A stretch of 50,210 bases of DNA, taken from Octopus bimaculoides. Lineage: Eukaryota. Both the position numbers and the translations under genes were made by a program. The stretch lies in contig NC_068991.1 of the NCBI RefSeq assembly GCF_001194135.2, positions 18,459,562 through 18,509,771 on the forward strand, given 5' to 3'. Under the pieces are notes generated by a model that saw only the letters and a list, made by a program, of their open reading frames with translations, was not told where the DNA came from and made no database searches. This document shows positions 37,446 to 48,586 of this stretch, piece after piece. Position 1 is the stretch's first letter, and each line of letters starts with the position of its first letter.

Positions 37446-38020
37446 ATCACAAACAAGCATGTTTGTCATGATGTGTAACTCTAATGGGCAATCTACAAAT
37501 CTGATTACAGGGGTATCTAATGTTCTAAGGGTTAAATTCTTGCTGTAAAGCCATTTAACATAAATTAACACTAACTTTGCTTTCATTATTTTTTTTATCA
37601 TTTCAGGAAAACAGATTTGTACCAAAAATGTCCATAATGTATATTATAAACTGTTCTGATATTTCCACCAAGAAATTTGTGCAATAAAAGATATTTATAA
37701 GAGATTGCTATTTTGTTTTCTTTTCTATGACTGTAAATGCTATAGAACTTAACAGTTATGTGAAATATGTAACCTTTCCTATATGAAATCATTGTTTGGT
37801 TTTCTTTATAGGTTACAATTAATTTTTCATTTTATAATCTATTTCTTCTCTCTCCATATGTAAGTATATACTAACATGTATTCATGTGATCCCAACAATG
37901 TGAGTACATGCGCGTGCGCACAAACACACACACACACATTGGTACTGCTTCATCAGGGTCCATCTGAAAAAATACCAAATCAGACTGGAACCTGGTGCAG
38001 CCCTCCAGCTTACCAGTTCC

Positions 38021-38205
38021 TTGATTGCGACCATGCTGGAGCAATGGCGGGTTTAATCGAAGAAATCAACCCCAGGACTTATTCTTTGTAAGCCTACTAC
38101 TTATTCTAATGGTCTCTAAGAACCTCCAAGTTATGGGGACATAAACACACCAGCATCAGCTGTCAAGCAATGGTAGGGGGATAGACACACAAAAATATAC
38201 ATATA

Positions 38206-38237
<32 letters not shown>

Positions 38238-38526
38238 CATACATATATGAATATATATGTGTGTGTGTGTGTGTGTGTATATATGTATATATATATATAT
38301 GTATGCATACATATATATATATANNNNNNNNNNNNNNNNNNNNNNNNNNNNNNNNNNNNNNNNNNNNNNNNNNNNNNNNNNNNNNNNNNNNNNNNNNNNN
38401 NNNNNNNNNNNNNNNNNNNNNNNNNNNNNNNNNNNNNNNNNNNNNNNNNNNNNNNNNNNNNNNNNNNNNNNNNNNNNNNNNNNNNNNNNNNNNNNNNNAT
38501 ATATATGTATATATATATATATATAC

Positions 38527-38562
<36 letters not shown>

Positions 38563-38715
38563 GACAAGCTTCTTTCAGTTTACATCTACCAAATCCACTC
38601 ACTAGGCTTTGGTTAGCCTGAGACTATAATAGAAGACACTTGCTCAAGCGGCCACACAGCGAGACTGAACCTGGAACCATGTGGTTTGTAAGCAAGCTAC
38701 TTACCACACAGCCAT
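38021..38715 (-). mobile_element. SINE family 3 copy with expanded internal (TA)n and gap
   Basis: Reverse match to 26233 copy on both sides of the microsatellite. Confidence 0.8.
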
Positions 38716-39377
38716 TCAGTCATACTTTGTTCCAAACAGCTGTTTTATTAAGATGAATACTATGTAGATGTGCAATTACTTAATTATGACATTTAATTGA
38801 TTTAAATTAAATTTTACACTTTTGATACCAACTTGTCCAAGACTGATTCCTGGTTCTATGATGCAAAATGTTTGTTGTAAAGAGGTCTAGATTAAAACCT
38901 TCCACCAAAACTTCATGTTCTGTTCCCAAACACCAGCTTAATAAAGACCAAGGATTTTTACTACATTCTTTATTATTTCTACAATTAATTTGGAAAAAAG
39001 CAGCGTATTTCAACAGAAATGTGGTAACGAAAAGGGTTAAAAACTGTGTTTACCCAAATCATCAGGAATGTTATGTTAATGACGTGTTATTATTTGAGAT
39101 TTTAATTACCCTGCGCTTATTCTTTGATGTTCTTGCATCAATTCTCACCCCACTTTCTCTTTATATATGTATTTATACATACATATGTACATTCATACAT
39201 AGATACATACATATGTATGTATATGTAATTATCATAATAAATATTATGAAGCATAAGCTTATTTATACAGTTTCCAGCTTTTAATAATAAACAAAATGTT
39301 CAAAGTACTGTACTTAATGAGTTGAGTATCTTTTCTTGTTTGATAATTCAAGCATATGGTGATAAATATACCTAGAT

Positions 39378-39411
<34 letters not shown>

Positions 39412-39609
39412 CATATATATGTATATATGTAAACACCCACACCCACACCCACACTTTATTGAATTTAGAAACAGGTAGTAAAATGTGCTCAATACATGCA
39501 ATAGAGTTTAGTAATTTATTTGTAGATGTGGCTTGATTCTCCTACTACTTAGTTTCCTATTTCCATTCTTCACAGCTTTAATAAAATGAATATGTATGTG
39601 TGTATATGC

Positions 39610-39659
<50 letters not shown>

Positions 39660-40293
39660 GTAAAAATATGTGACACTTATTCGGTAGCCATGATAAAACT
39701 CCGAGTTTTATCATGGCTACCGAATAAGTGTCACATATTTTTACAGATAAATTCCTCTATTTACATAATATCGAAGTCTCTTTCTTTCTTTTGTTGCCCT
39801 TCCTATCAATATATATATATATATATGCATACATAAATGAGAGAAAAACATGAACCATGAATTGGGTAATTCTTTAATTTCATCAGCTACATATATTTCA
39901 GCAATTCAGTAATTAGTTAATGACACACTATAAATGTAATTTCCAGAGCATTTACTCCAACCAAACACATCTTCAGACAGGGTCAAAATACCTTGTTCAA
40001 ATTTTTCTCTCATTGGAGTTAGTAGCCCACACACTTAACCACTACGCCATATATATTAAAATGATGAAAATAAAAGTAGCTTTATGTCCACTTGTTTATA
40101 CTTGTATAGACTGGATAGGGTTTTAGAGGCAATGTTTTACAGCCAAATGCCCTTCCTGTTGTCACTTCCTATGTTAAATCATTTGATGATGTAGTAACTT
40201 AAAGATGAACAATAAGTTTTGAAATTCTTTTTAAATAAAAGAAGAAACAGAATGTAACAATGAAAACCCCTAGCATAGTAAATTAGCATGTTA

Positions 40294-40480
40294 AGAAATT
40301 ATAGCCAGCACTGATTTTTTATGACGTTTTGTAACCAATTATGTTTAATATAACCATCCAGCCCATTAACCATTCACAAAATCATTGCTTAAATAGCCAC
40401 TAAATATAGCTGTCTAACATTATTGAATATACCAATTTTACATATTAATATGTGAAAAATCAGTGCTGGCAATAACTTCT
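40294..40480. mobile_element. MITE-like element with 26-bp TIRs
   Basis: AGAAATTATAGCCAGCACTGATTTTT (40294-40319) vs reverse complement of 40455-40480 AGAAGTTATTGCCAGCACTGATTTTT (24/26); no clean TSD. Confidence 0.6.
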
Positions 40481-40572
40481 ATAGAAAATCTGTAGAGATA
40501 ACCTTAACATATGATTTAATACCACTGCTAACACAGCAGGACACAATATTGACTTATAAAGCATTTAATATA

Positions 40573-40800
40573 TTAGGTTGTCCGGAAAGTTCATGCCGAT
40601 TTTTAAAGGAAAGAAAAAGGTCAATAAATACTTGCCATTACATTTTTAATCAACCAAATATGAACCATTTTGTTGCACAATGCATCTCCATCTTCTCTTT
40701 AACTTGAAAATACTCTCTTCCCAGAATTGAGGTGGTTTCATGGCAAATAAGTCAAAAGGTAAGCTACTATAAATCGGCACGAACTTTCCGGACAACCCGA
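40573..40800 (-). mobile_element. Mariner-derived MITE, second copy of the 11880 element
   Basis: Same TIRs (3 substitutions in total), TA flanks, same transposase C-terminal peptide. Confidence 0.9.
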
Positions 40801-41344
40801 TACTTTGCAGTACACTATAGTTGCTTAATGAAATATGGTGTCCCAACAAGTAATAAATAGTAAATTAACATGATCCTGTTGTTCATATTTTTACTGGGCC
40901 TGGTCATTAAACCATTGTTGGTAGTACATAATATTAGATAGGATGTGTGTGAAGGTGAGAATGATCACATTAATCATAGGTTTCCATATTTTTTATTATA
41001 AGAAACATTTACATTTACACATGTACCATAATTATTTAAATAAAACATTATACATGAGATGGTGAATGTAATAGTTATATCACTTCGTTGTATAAAACAA
41101 TTTATTTATTTATTTTTTTGATTTGAAAATCATTCATGGTTATTAAAGACAGAATAAGGAGAATGAGAATGAGTGGAAATGCTTTGACACAAAAATACCC
41201 AACAAAGTTCTGTGTAGTGACTGGGGGTTGTACAGTGCCAGATGGAACCATCCTATTGATGACTTTGGAATATAACAATATCTGTCAGAGCAACAACCGT
41301 TGTCAAAAGGCCGCTTACAACATATATATATATATATATATATA

Positions 41345-42380
41345 TCAACAATATTAAAAATAAGGATTACTCCTAAATAGCGATAGCATTACCTTTAATT
41401 CTATAATTATATACTGCCTTTCAAAGACCAACATGTTTCAATTACACCTACTAGTAATCGTTACAATTGCAACCCTACTATAAAACGGTGCAGTCTCTTT
41501 AGGGTCTTATCTTGATATCTCTTGCTATGGCCATTTAATGATTTTCTTTTATAAATTCTGCGTTGTATAATGTAGAGCTGATGCAAACAAGCTCTATTTC
41601 AAGTTCTTATTGGATAATCATTTTTAGTCCATCATTTCAAAACCTTCCATAGCTTAAATAAAAATTAATCATTTATACTTGGCAAATGTGGATTTCCTCA
41701 TGTGCAAGCACCTCGATGCATGCTATTGTCTAAAATATATTACATTACCCTTGGATGTGAAAATTCTGTAAAATTCTTCTAAATATAGGTCTATTGGTTC
41801 CAGGTCCGTATGGTTTTGCAGTACAAATTAATTCCCATTTAATCATATAGTCCTTATTACTGTCCTTAAAAGACCATTTTAATTTGCTAAGACTTGTTTG
41901 GAACCTTCTATTTTTGTCTTTAAATGAACTCAATTTGCCAGTTTCCTCTTGAAAATTAATGATGTCCTACTGATATAAAAGAATTGCTTACCCTCAGCTG
42001 TAACTGTGCATCTATACATTACATTTCTAGTCTTACACTTATTTTCCACATAACAGGACACCCATTTAGAGCAATTGCAAAGATAGCCTTTTATATTTCT
42101 GTCAGATTTAGTTTCAATTTGATCATTCATTGTAGAATTAAGTTCCTTTCCACCAAGTTCTTTATTACTATTTACTCCTATAGATAATGTTACCTTTGTT
42201 CTATTTCTAGCTGGACTCTTATTCGATTTGATGTTATTATTTATGTTAATCGGATGATCTAGAATTAACCTCGAAAAATATTTTTGCCAAATCTCTTTTA
42301 TTCATTTCCTTGCTTTCAGCCCTGTGCTAATGAAGTGTAATTTGAAGTGGTTTTTAGTCATTGTGCTGTTTCTAAGTATC
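41345..42380 (-). mobile_element. Penelope-like element 3' part: RT-EN linker, GIY-YIG domain, 3' terminal region
   Basis: CNCSKWVSCYVENKCKTRNVMYRCTVT...FFYISRTSLIFKRKLAN*SSFKDK...TSLSKLKWSFKD...IKWELICTAKPYGPG matches PLE endonuclease; followed downstream by a hammerhead-like fold and (TA)n. Upstream boundary approximate. Confidence 0.8.
41424..41508 (-). ncRNA. Minimal type I hammerhead ribozyme fold, core variant CUAAAGA (probably inactive)
   Basis: Minus strand: AAGACC-CTAAAGA-GACTGCACC...GGTGTAATT-GAAA-CATGT-T-GGTCTT: 6-bp stem I, 9-position stem II, palindromic stem III ACAUGU, GUU site. Confidence 0.65.
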
Positions 42381-42404
42381 CTTAATTATAATTATATCTA
42401 TATA

Positions 42405-42437
<33 letters not shown>

Positions 42438-43160
42438 ATATATATATATATATATGATGGATTTCTTTCAATTTCCATCTACCAAATTCACTCACAAGGC
42501 TTTGGTCAGTCTGGGACTATAGTAGTAGACACATACCCAAGGTACCATGCAGTGGGACTGAACCCCAAACCATGTGGTTAGGAAGCAAACTTCTTAACAC
42601 ACAACCACAACTGCACTTATGTGTGTCTGTGTTTGTGTGTACCGTTGTCTTGACATCATGTACTGATTGTAAGCGGGCTTCACCATCAAATAAGCCATGT
42701 TGTTTAATTCCAAGTCTCTCATGAAAACGTGTGTAGCCATAGGGAAAATTACCTTGCTTTGAAACAGGTGAGTGTTAGCGACAGGAAGGGCATCTGGCTG
42801 TAAAAAAAAAATCAGCCTCAGCACATTCTGTCTGACTCATGCAAACATGGAAAAGGGAACGTTAAATGAAATGATGATGATGATGATGAACATTTAATAT
42901 ACTTTCTGATATAGGCACAAGGCCTGAAATTTGGGGGGAAGGGGTACTTAGTTTATCAACGCTGAAGAGATGAAAGGAACGTTAGGTCGGAAGAAATGCT
43001 GCTAAGCATGTTCCCAACACTCTCCCAACAGCCTCCGAGCATAGCTCAGGTATGTTGTTATCAATTTGTTTAACTGCCTGGGAGTTATGTTAAAGATAGA
43101 TGCGTCTGAAAATTTCTGCGACTTTTATGCTAATTTAATAAACACGGAATTCAGTTAGAC

Positions 43161-43390
43161 AAGTGGTTCTCAACTATTTTTTGTCTATGGACCTCTTTGA
43201 TCCCTATTTTACTCTACTGGACCCCCATAGCCACTGGATATTAAAAAAAATTCCATTATTCTTGTTATAATTAAATATTATTTGGAATTGTTTTGTGTAT
43301 TGTTGAAAAATAACCAATTTATAGCACATAAAGTTTATCACCAAAATATGGTGCCCCAAGAGTCATGAGGACCCCAGTTGAGAATCACTG
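43161..43390. mobile_element. hAT-type MITE related to the 6618 element
   Basis: Ends AAGTGGTTCTCAAC / GTTGAGAATCACTG; TSD not recognisable. Confidence 0.6.
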
Positions 43391-43889
43391 GACGAACAAC
43401 TGAATACTCATCGTCGATATAAAGGCCCACGATGGTGCCGATTCGACAGTATTAGAACGGACAACTAAGGGACATAACTACATACTGCTAAGGTATTTAA
43501 TTTCTTACGTTAGGCACAAGGACAGAAATTTTGTTGTGTTGAGGCAACTGTAGATTATATGAACCCCAGTGTTTCATAGGTACTTCCTTTTATCGACGCC
43601 TGATTAATAAAGAGCAAAGTCAATCTAAGCTGGATTTGAACTCAGAACCTAATCAACCAGACCTCGTCGACCAGAGAATGTTTAAACAGACATCACGAAG
43701 GGACATAACTCTGTAAGGCGTTTAATCCCAAATAACAACATTATCACATGGCCCTTCTGCTAGAATTCTATAACAATCCCGTTTACATCTTGGATGCTTT
43801 AAAGTCTAATGAGTTTAGTGTACATTATTCATCCACAACACGTTTTTAATAAACCCCAGTACTCCTTAAATACTTGTTTGATCCCGCAG

Positions 43890-44126
43890 AAAGAGTTTGT
43901 ATCCGCAGCCTTCGGACGCAGTAGTTCCTCTGAAACCGATGAGGTTGATAAGGTCAACAACGTTCCTCTTGAACAGTTACAAAGTGAAGACCACAGGAAA
44001 ATCATGGACAGGGAACGAATACTGGAAAGACGAAGGTGGGCCCCAGAAGGGTGGAGAAGATCTACGTACTATAGGCGGCGAGAGGAGTGTATTGTGCCTG
44101 AATGGAGGTGGTACGAGTGTACCTAG
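43890..44126 (+). CDS. Orphan candidate terminal coding exon of unknown gene
   Basis: Acceptor TACTTGTTTGATCCCGCAG (second possible AG at 43907-43908); GC-richer, non-repetitive, open frame KEFVSAAFGRSSSSETDEV...ERRRWAPEGWRRSTYYRRREECIVPEWRWYECT*. No recognised homology. Confidence 0.4.
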   Translation, partial: KEFVSAAFGRSSSSETDEVDKVNNVPLEQLQSEDHRKIMDRERILERRRWAPEGWRRSTYYRRREECIVPEWRWYECT

Positions 44127-44273
44127 CTCTGAAAAAGCAAGCAGCGCCCCCAGGAACTTTTTCTAGCAGCGATAAGCGCAGAAGTCGATCTGTTGTTGTT
44201 TAAACTCACAACGTAGTGTCAGAAGTTCATACTACAAGGGGTGTTTAATATGACTATCTTCCACTTATGTTAC

Positions 44274-44279
44274 TTTATT
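44274..44279 (-). promoter_or_regulatory. Probable polyadenylation signal AATAAA for TBC1D19
   Basis: TTTATT on plus, about 155 nt downstream of the stop; ATTAAA also just before it on the transcript. Confidence 0.45.
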
Positions 44280-44434
44280 AATGTTTTAATTCTGACACAT
44301 ACATACTCACATACATGTGTATATGTGTGTGTGTGTGTGTGTGTGCGTGTGTGTATCACATAATCAAAACATGTTATTAACATTCTATGGAAGATCTATC
44401 GATGTCTGATTAACTAAGAATTGTTCTACAGAAA

Positions 44435-46000
44435 TTATTTTGAGAACAAGGCCAGCTGTATAAGAGGGATTATTTGTAGTGTCATCAAATCAGCAAAAAC
44501 TCCTTCAGCAGCTGAAAGACTTTGCACTTTCATTAAATTACTCTTTCGGAAAGAAAATATGGCAGCTGCAAGGACAGCGAGGATCTGCAATGAGTCAAAC
44601 GCAAGTATACGGTCCCACAATAATAAAACCTGATCGCAAGCAAGACAACCGGAGAAAGCCCTAATTATCCACTTAAAGGCGATTCTCAGCGGTTGGATGC
44701 CGTGGAGTTTTAGATGAAAGAAAACCTCTGGTTCCAAAGTCTGCAAAAGTTGTTCGAACAACAGACAAATGGATAAAATGCCTTCTTCGTGAGACGAGAT
44801 GCAATGGAGTCGGAAGAAAAACCTGGAATACATTTCTCTAAAGATAAAATAAAGTTGCTCTGGCTCACTGTAAAGGTAACAGAATGGAACAACATACATG
44901 GAGAAACCATGAAATGGTATAACACCACTGGGAGGAAATATCACAGACAAGTCACTGTTTCCTAGTTTGCCACGAATGTAAGATTTTGGTAAACTGCCGT
45001 TGGTTTTGTTATTGCAGGTCAGTAAAATGGTATCACGCAAAAACGGTAAAAGGACTTGATATAATAAGTCTTCGAATACAAAATACTGGTCATCATTGCT
45101 CGCCGTCAGTTTAATGTCTTTGTAAAGTAGTTTATCAGTGAGAAGTTCGTGTTTAAACACATAATTTTTCAGTTGTTTATAGTAAACGTAGTCAGTGTTG
45201 CTTATATCAAGGCCAAGCATTTGGCTCCAGAGTATCCTTCGTAAGCTGACTGGACATCCTTTCTTGGAATATTCTTGCGAGACTGGAGTTAAGCCGAGAG
45301 CGATAACTTTTTTACCGAGTTTTATGTTCTCATTGAAGAAGCTTTCGTTCAGACCATCGATAGTATCGTCAATGCCTATTTGACAATTGTTTATCGAAAT
45401 CCCACTATAGAATGTTCGCAATTCTGATAGGGTCCTCACTTTCAGCGCAATTTGGATTATACCCCACATACTCATAGGTCCTTCACTGTTCCTGTTGATG
45501 TTTTGGTTCTGAATACTTATGATGGCATCAAGGAAGTCTTTTGGTGCATACACAGGACGGATATTCGTTGGTTCACGGATGTTAGTTCCCAGCTCCGTCC
45601 ATTGGCTCATCAGTTGGTTGATGTCTTTTTGGGGCCTCTTGCGAGCTAAAGATATATTTTGCTCAGTACACATGGCATTCAGACTTTTAACAATTCGTCT
45701 CTCCCAATTTTGCTGTGCCTCGTACAAGTAGTCAAGTTGTTCATGCGAAAATGTCTGTAGTTTCTGTTTCGCTGCAAGGTATCCATTTCGTTTCAGGTAA
45801 TTGTAAACGTAATTACGGAGTGGACGGTCAAATTTCGTGTCTCGAAACTTTTGATATAGAGTTGTTTTGACGTCAGACAAACGGACATTTAGTTTGATGG
45901 CTTCTTCTTGAGCTTTCGCCAACATTTCCTTATATAACATGGATGGTTGTAACAAACGGTTAATGTTCTTAGAAATAGTCAACGTTTCTTCTGCGTCCAT
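44435..46000 (-). CDS. TBC1D19: TBC1 domain family member 19, single-exon CDS, 521 aa
   Basis: Uninterrupted ORF with hallmark segments WERRIVKSLNAMCTE..I.LARKRP, RPVYAPKDFL, KD.KLTASNDD.YFVFED.LYQVLL.F.RDT, PKSYIRGKLG, GVIPFHGFSMYV, LWDRIL. The track start (46045) is a TTG after an in-frame TAG; first ATG is 46000 (MDAEETLT) and gives a length like vertebrate orthologues. Confidence 0.95.
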   Translation of the reverse strand: MDAEETLTISKNINRLLQPSMLYKEMLAKAQEEAIKLNVRLSDVKTTLYQKFRDTKFDRPLRNYVYNYLKRNGYLAAKQKLQTFSHEQLDYLYEAQQNWERRIVKSLNAMCTEQNISLARKRPQKDINQLMSQWTELGTNIREPTNIRPVYAPKDFLDAIISIQNQNINRNSEGPMSMWGIIQIALKVRTLSELRTFYSGISINNCQIGIDDTIDGLNESFFNENIKLGKKVIALGLTPVSQEYSKKGCPVSLRRILWSQMLGLDISNTDYVYYKQLKNYVFKHELLTDKLLYKDIKLTASNDDQYFVFEDLLYQVLLPFLRDTILLTCNNKTNGSLPKSYIRGKLGNSDLSVIFPPSGVIPFHGFSMYVVPFCYLYSEPEQLYFIFREMYSRFFFRLHCISSHEEGILSICLLFEQLLQTLEPEVFFHLKLHGIQPLRIAFKWIIRAFSGCLACDQVLLLWDRILAFDSLQILAVLAAAIFSFRKSNLMKVQSLSAAEGVFADLMTLQIIPLIQLALFSK

Positions 46001-46087
46001 TTCGAGGTAGATTTTGTCTAGGTACTCCTTAAACTGTATGGACAAAATCTAAGACGACCAGCAGGTGTTTGAAGTACAAGTTGTTAA

Positions 46088-46583
46088 CTGCAGAAAACAT
46101 TTCAATATTTCTAAGAAATTCAATTTTCAATAATTATTTACAAAAACGCAATTTAAAATTATTCAGTCGAATAAAAATTGTCTTTTTATGATTTCATTTT
46201 ATGTTCCGAAGGAATAATAAATTCAGTTTTACTCCAGTTACAATAGATTTGTAAATGTTCGTATACGTCTATCTAAAAACCAGCGTTTCAATATTTGAAT
46301 ATAAGGATACTAAATAATCATTGTATACACATTGTATATAATTATGAATAGACGTGTGTGTGTGTTACTTTTCCTTATGTGGGGAAATATACGTTTGCAA
46401 AGAAGTGTACACGTCTAAAGGCCGAAATAAGTGAAAAATGAAACGAAGCTTAAAGAACAGCAACGAGAAAATATAATAGACAAATCAATTGTCGTATAAA
46501 TAAATAATTACAAAAAAAAAAAAAAAAATCAAACGTTAGAATATACTTTAAATATGAAGTCTAACAGAAGCCACTTTACTCAC
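46088..46583 (-). other. Probable 5'UTR intron of TBC1D19
   Basis: Minus-strand donor ACAT|GTGAGT at 46583 and acceptor GTTTTCTGCAG| at 46088 (alternative acceptor TTTTGTCCATACAG| at 46034). No transcript data. Confidence 0.5.
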
Positions 46584-46771
46584 ATGTTTCACAACACCGT
46601 AACGTTTATTTATTGATCTGAAATAGTCACTCTGCACCCTCCTCTTGCTCTCATGTACATACATACACACACATATATATATATATATATATATTTATAT
46701 GTATGTATATAATATTTGAAGCTAACGCTTTCAGTTTCAGTCTGGTGGCATGATGGAAGCTACGCAGCGTC

Positions 46772-46832
46772 GTCACCATAGCAACTGAACGCGATTGGCC
46801 GACATAACACTTGCCACATATATACAGATTGG
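46772..46832 (-). promoter_or_regulatory. Candidate TBC1D19 promoter: RFX X-box plus two CCAAT boxes
   Basis: GTCACCATAGCAAC (46772-46785) fits X-box GTNNCYATRGYAAC; ATTGG at 46794-46798 and 46828-46832 (CCAAT on the gene strand, 34 bp apart); locally CpG-rich. Confidence 0.55.
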
Positions 46833-47729
46833 TTACGCAAACAATTACTTCCACCCCGCTTCTTTCTCTCTCTCTGTGCCTCTCTCTATCTCTCTGTGCC
46901 TGTCTCTCTCTCTCTCTGCCTGTCTCTCTCTCTCCACCATTTACCTACTTTCGTTTAGCCCCAGGCTGGCATTGATTGAGTAAACCAATTATCGAAAGGG
47001 TTTCTAGTCGTGACCATCGCATTTTAATTTTAGTTGTAGCGTATCTAGGGCTGGCTATATTCAATGCGTAGATTTTTCAAGACGTTGGGTGTGTGCTTTG
47101 AAGAAGATTTGACAGCTATTTCCAGCAGACAAATGACCGTTAGAGGCTTTTTCAATGGCTTGATATTCTATCTATCTGTCCTTCTGTCTGTTTTTAGTTG
47201 AGTGCCGATATGATTGGTATATATATCTAATAGTTGGTCGGTATTTAGAAAGACACAATCCATTCAAATCGGCATCTTGTATATTATCCAAAAATTTCCA
47301 ATCAACTGATCAAATTGGTGTAGTTTAAGATTTTTTTTTTTTTTGATATCATCAAAAGTTTGTTTACTATTTGGGTGGGTACTCTAAGTTGATAGAAGAT
47401 TACTTTTCAAATTACTCTATTGCATACATGAAAAACTATCATATTACACTTGAATGCCATAATAGAAGGGTAGTCATGCATGACATTGTTGAAATTCTAT
47501 CTAAGGTGTTTGTTTGTGTGCCTGTCGTCTGTCAGTGTTTCTAACTTTTCCTATCCACACACACACACATCTATAGGCACAGGCAACCATGTGATTTCAG
47601 GTTCGGTGTCACTACATGACACCTCAGTCTCAAACCAATGCTTTGTGAGTGAATTTAGTAGTTTGAAACTGTGTGGAAGCCTATCGTCTGTCTATCTATC
47701 TGCATGTGTGTCTTTTTGTTTGTCCCCAC

Positions 47730-47740
47730 CTAGCTAGCTG

Positions 47741-47812
<72 letters not shown>

Positions 47813-47828
47813 GCTGTCTATCTAGCTG

Positions 47829-47900
<72 letters not shown>

Positions 47901-47925
47901 GCTATCTATCTAGCTATCTATCTGT
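47730..47925. repeat. (TCTA)n microsatellite with TAGC interruptions, preceded by a partial SINE family 3 (about 47575-47730)
   Basis: Directly visible. Confidence 0.9.
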
Positions 47926-47973
47926 GCATGTGTGTGTGTGTGTGTGGGCATGCATGTGCGTGTGTCTTTTGTT

Positions 47974-48271
47974 TGGCTGACCACTCCACAGACACGTGTA
48001 CCCTTAACGTAGTTCTCTGGGATATTCAGCGTGACACAGTGTGACAAGGCTGACCCTATGAATTACAGGTACAACAGAAACAGGAAGAAAGAGTGAGAGA
48101 AAGTTGTGGTGAAAGAATACAGCAGGGTTCGCCACCATCCCCTGCCGGAGTCTCGTGGATCTTTAGGTGTTTTCGCTCAATAAACACTCACAACGCCCGG
48201 TCTGGGAATCGAAACCACGATCCTATGACCGCGAGTCCGCTGCCCTAACCACTGGGCTATTGCACCTCCAC
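47974..48271 (-). mobile_element. SINE family 1, 3'-truncated
   Basis: Reverse match to first 300 bp of 21357 copy. Confidence 0.9.
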
Positions 48272-48586
48272 CATCATGCATATATGTGCATGTATGCACA
48301 CGCGTGCATGCACATGTGTGTGCGTTGTATTGAGTCAAAAGTTCAGCAATATTTTGGTAACTTATTTGCTTCATTCACCAGGTCACAACAAAGGCAGCCT
48401 AGCATTCAAAGTAGAAGGTATTGTATTGCACTGCCTGAAGCCACTTTTCTCTTCTCGAAGTGAAGAACTCCTTCACAGAAGCTTCCACCTGATGAAGCAT
48501 CATGAGTGCAGGAAGTGATCCATAGATCGGAACAACCAGCCAGCCAGCCAGCCAACCAGCCAACCAGCCAACCAACCAACATTTAT

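Noticed and set aside
37607-37665. Good acceptor followed by (G)KQICTKNVH...*, tempting as the last WFDC1-like exon
   Set aside because: Needs phase 1 while the previous exon ends in phase 2; the bridging exon was not found (may lie in a gap), so unsupported.
46001-46045. N-terminal extension MSIQFKEYLDKIYLE of the 536-aa track ORF
   Set aside because: Starts at TTG just after an in-frame TAG; orthologue-like sequence begins at ATG 46000.
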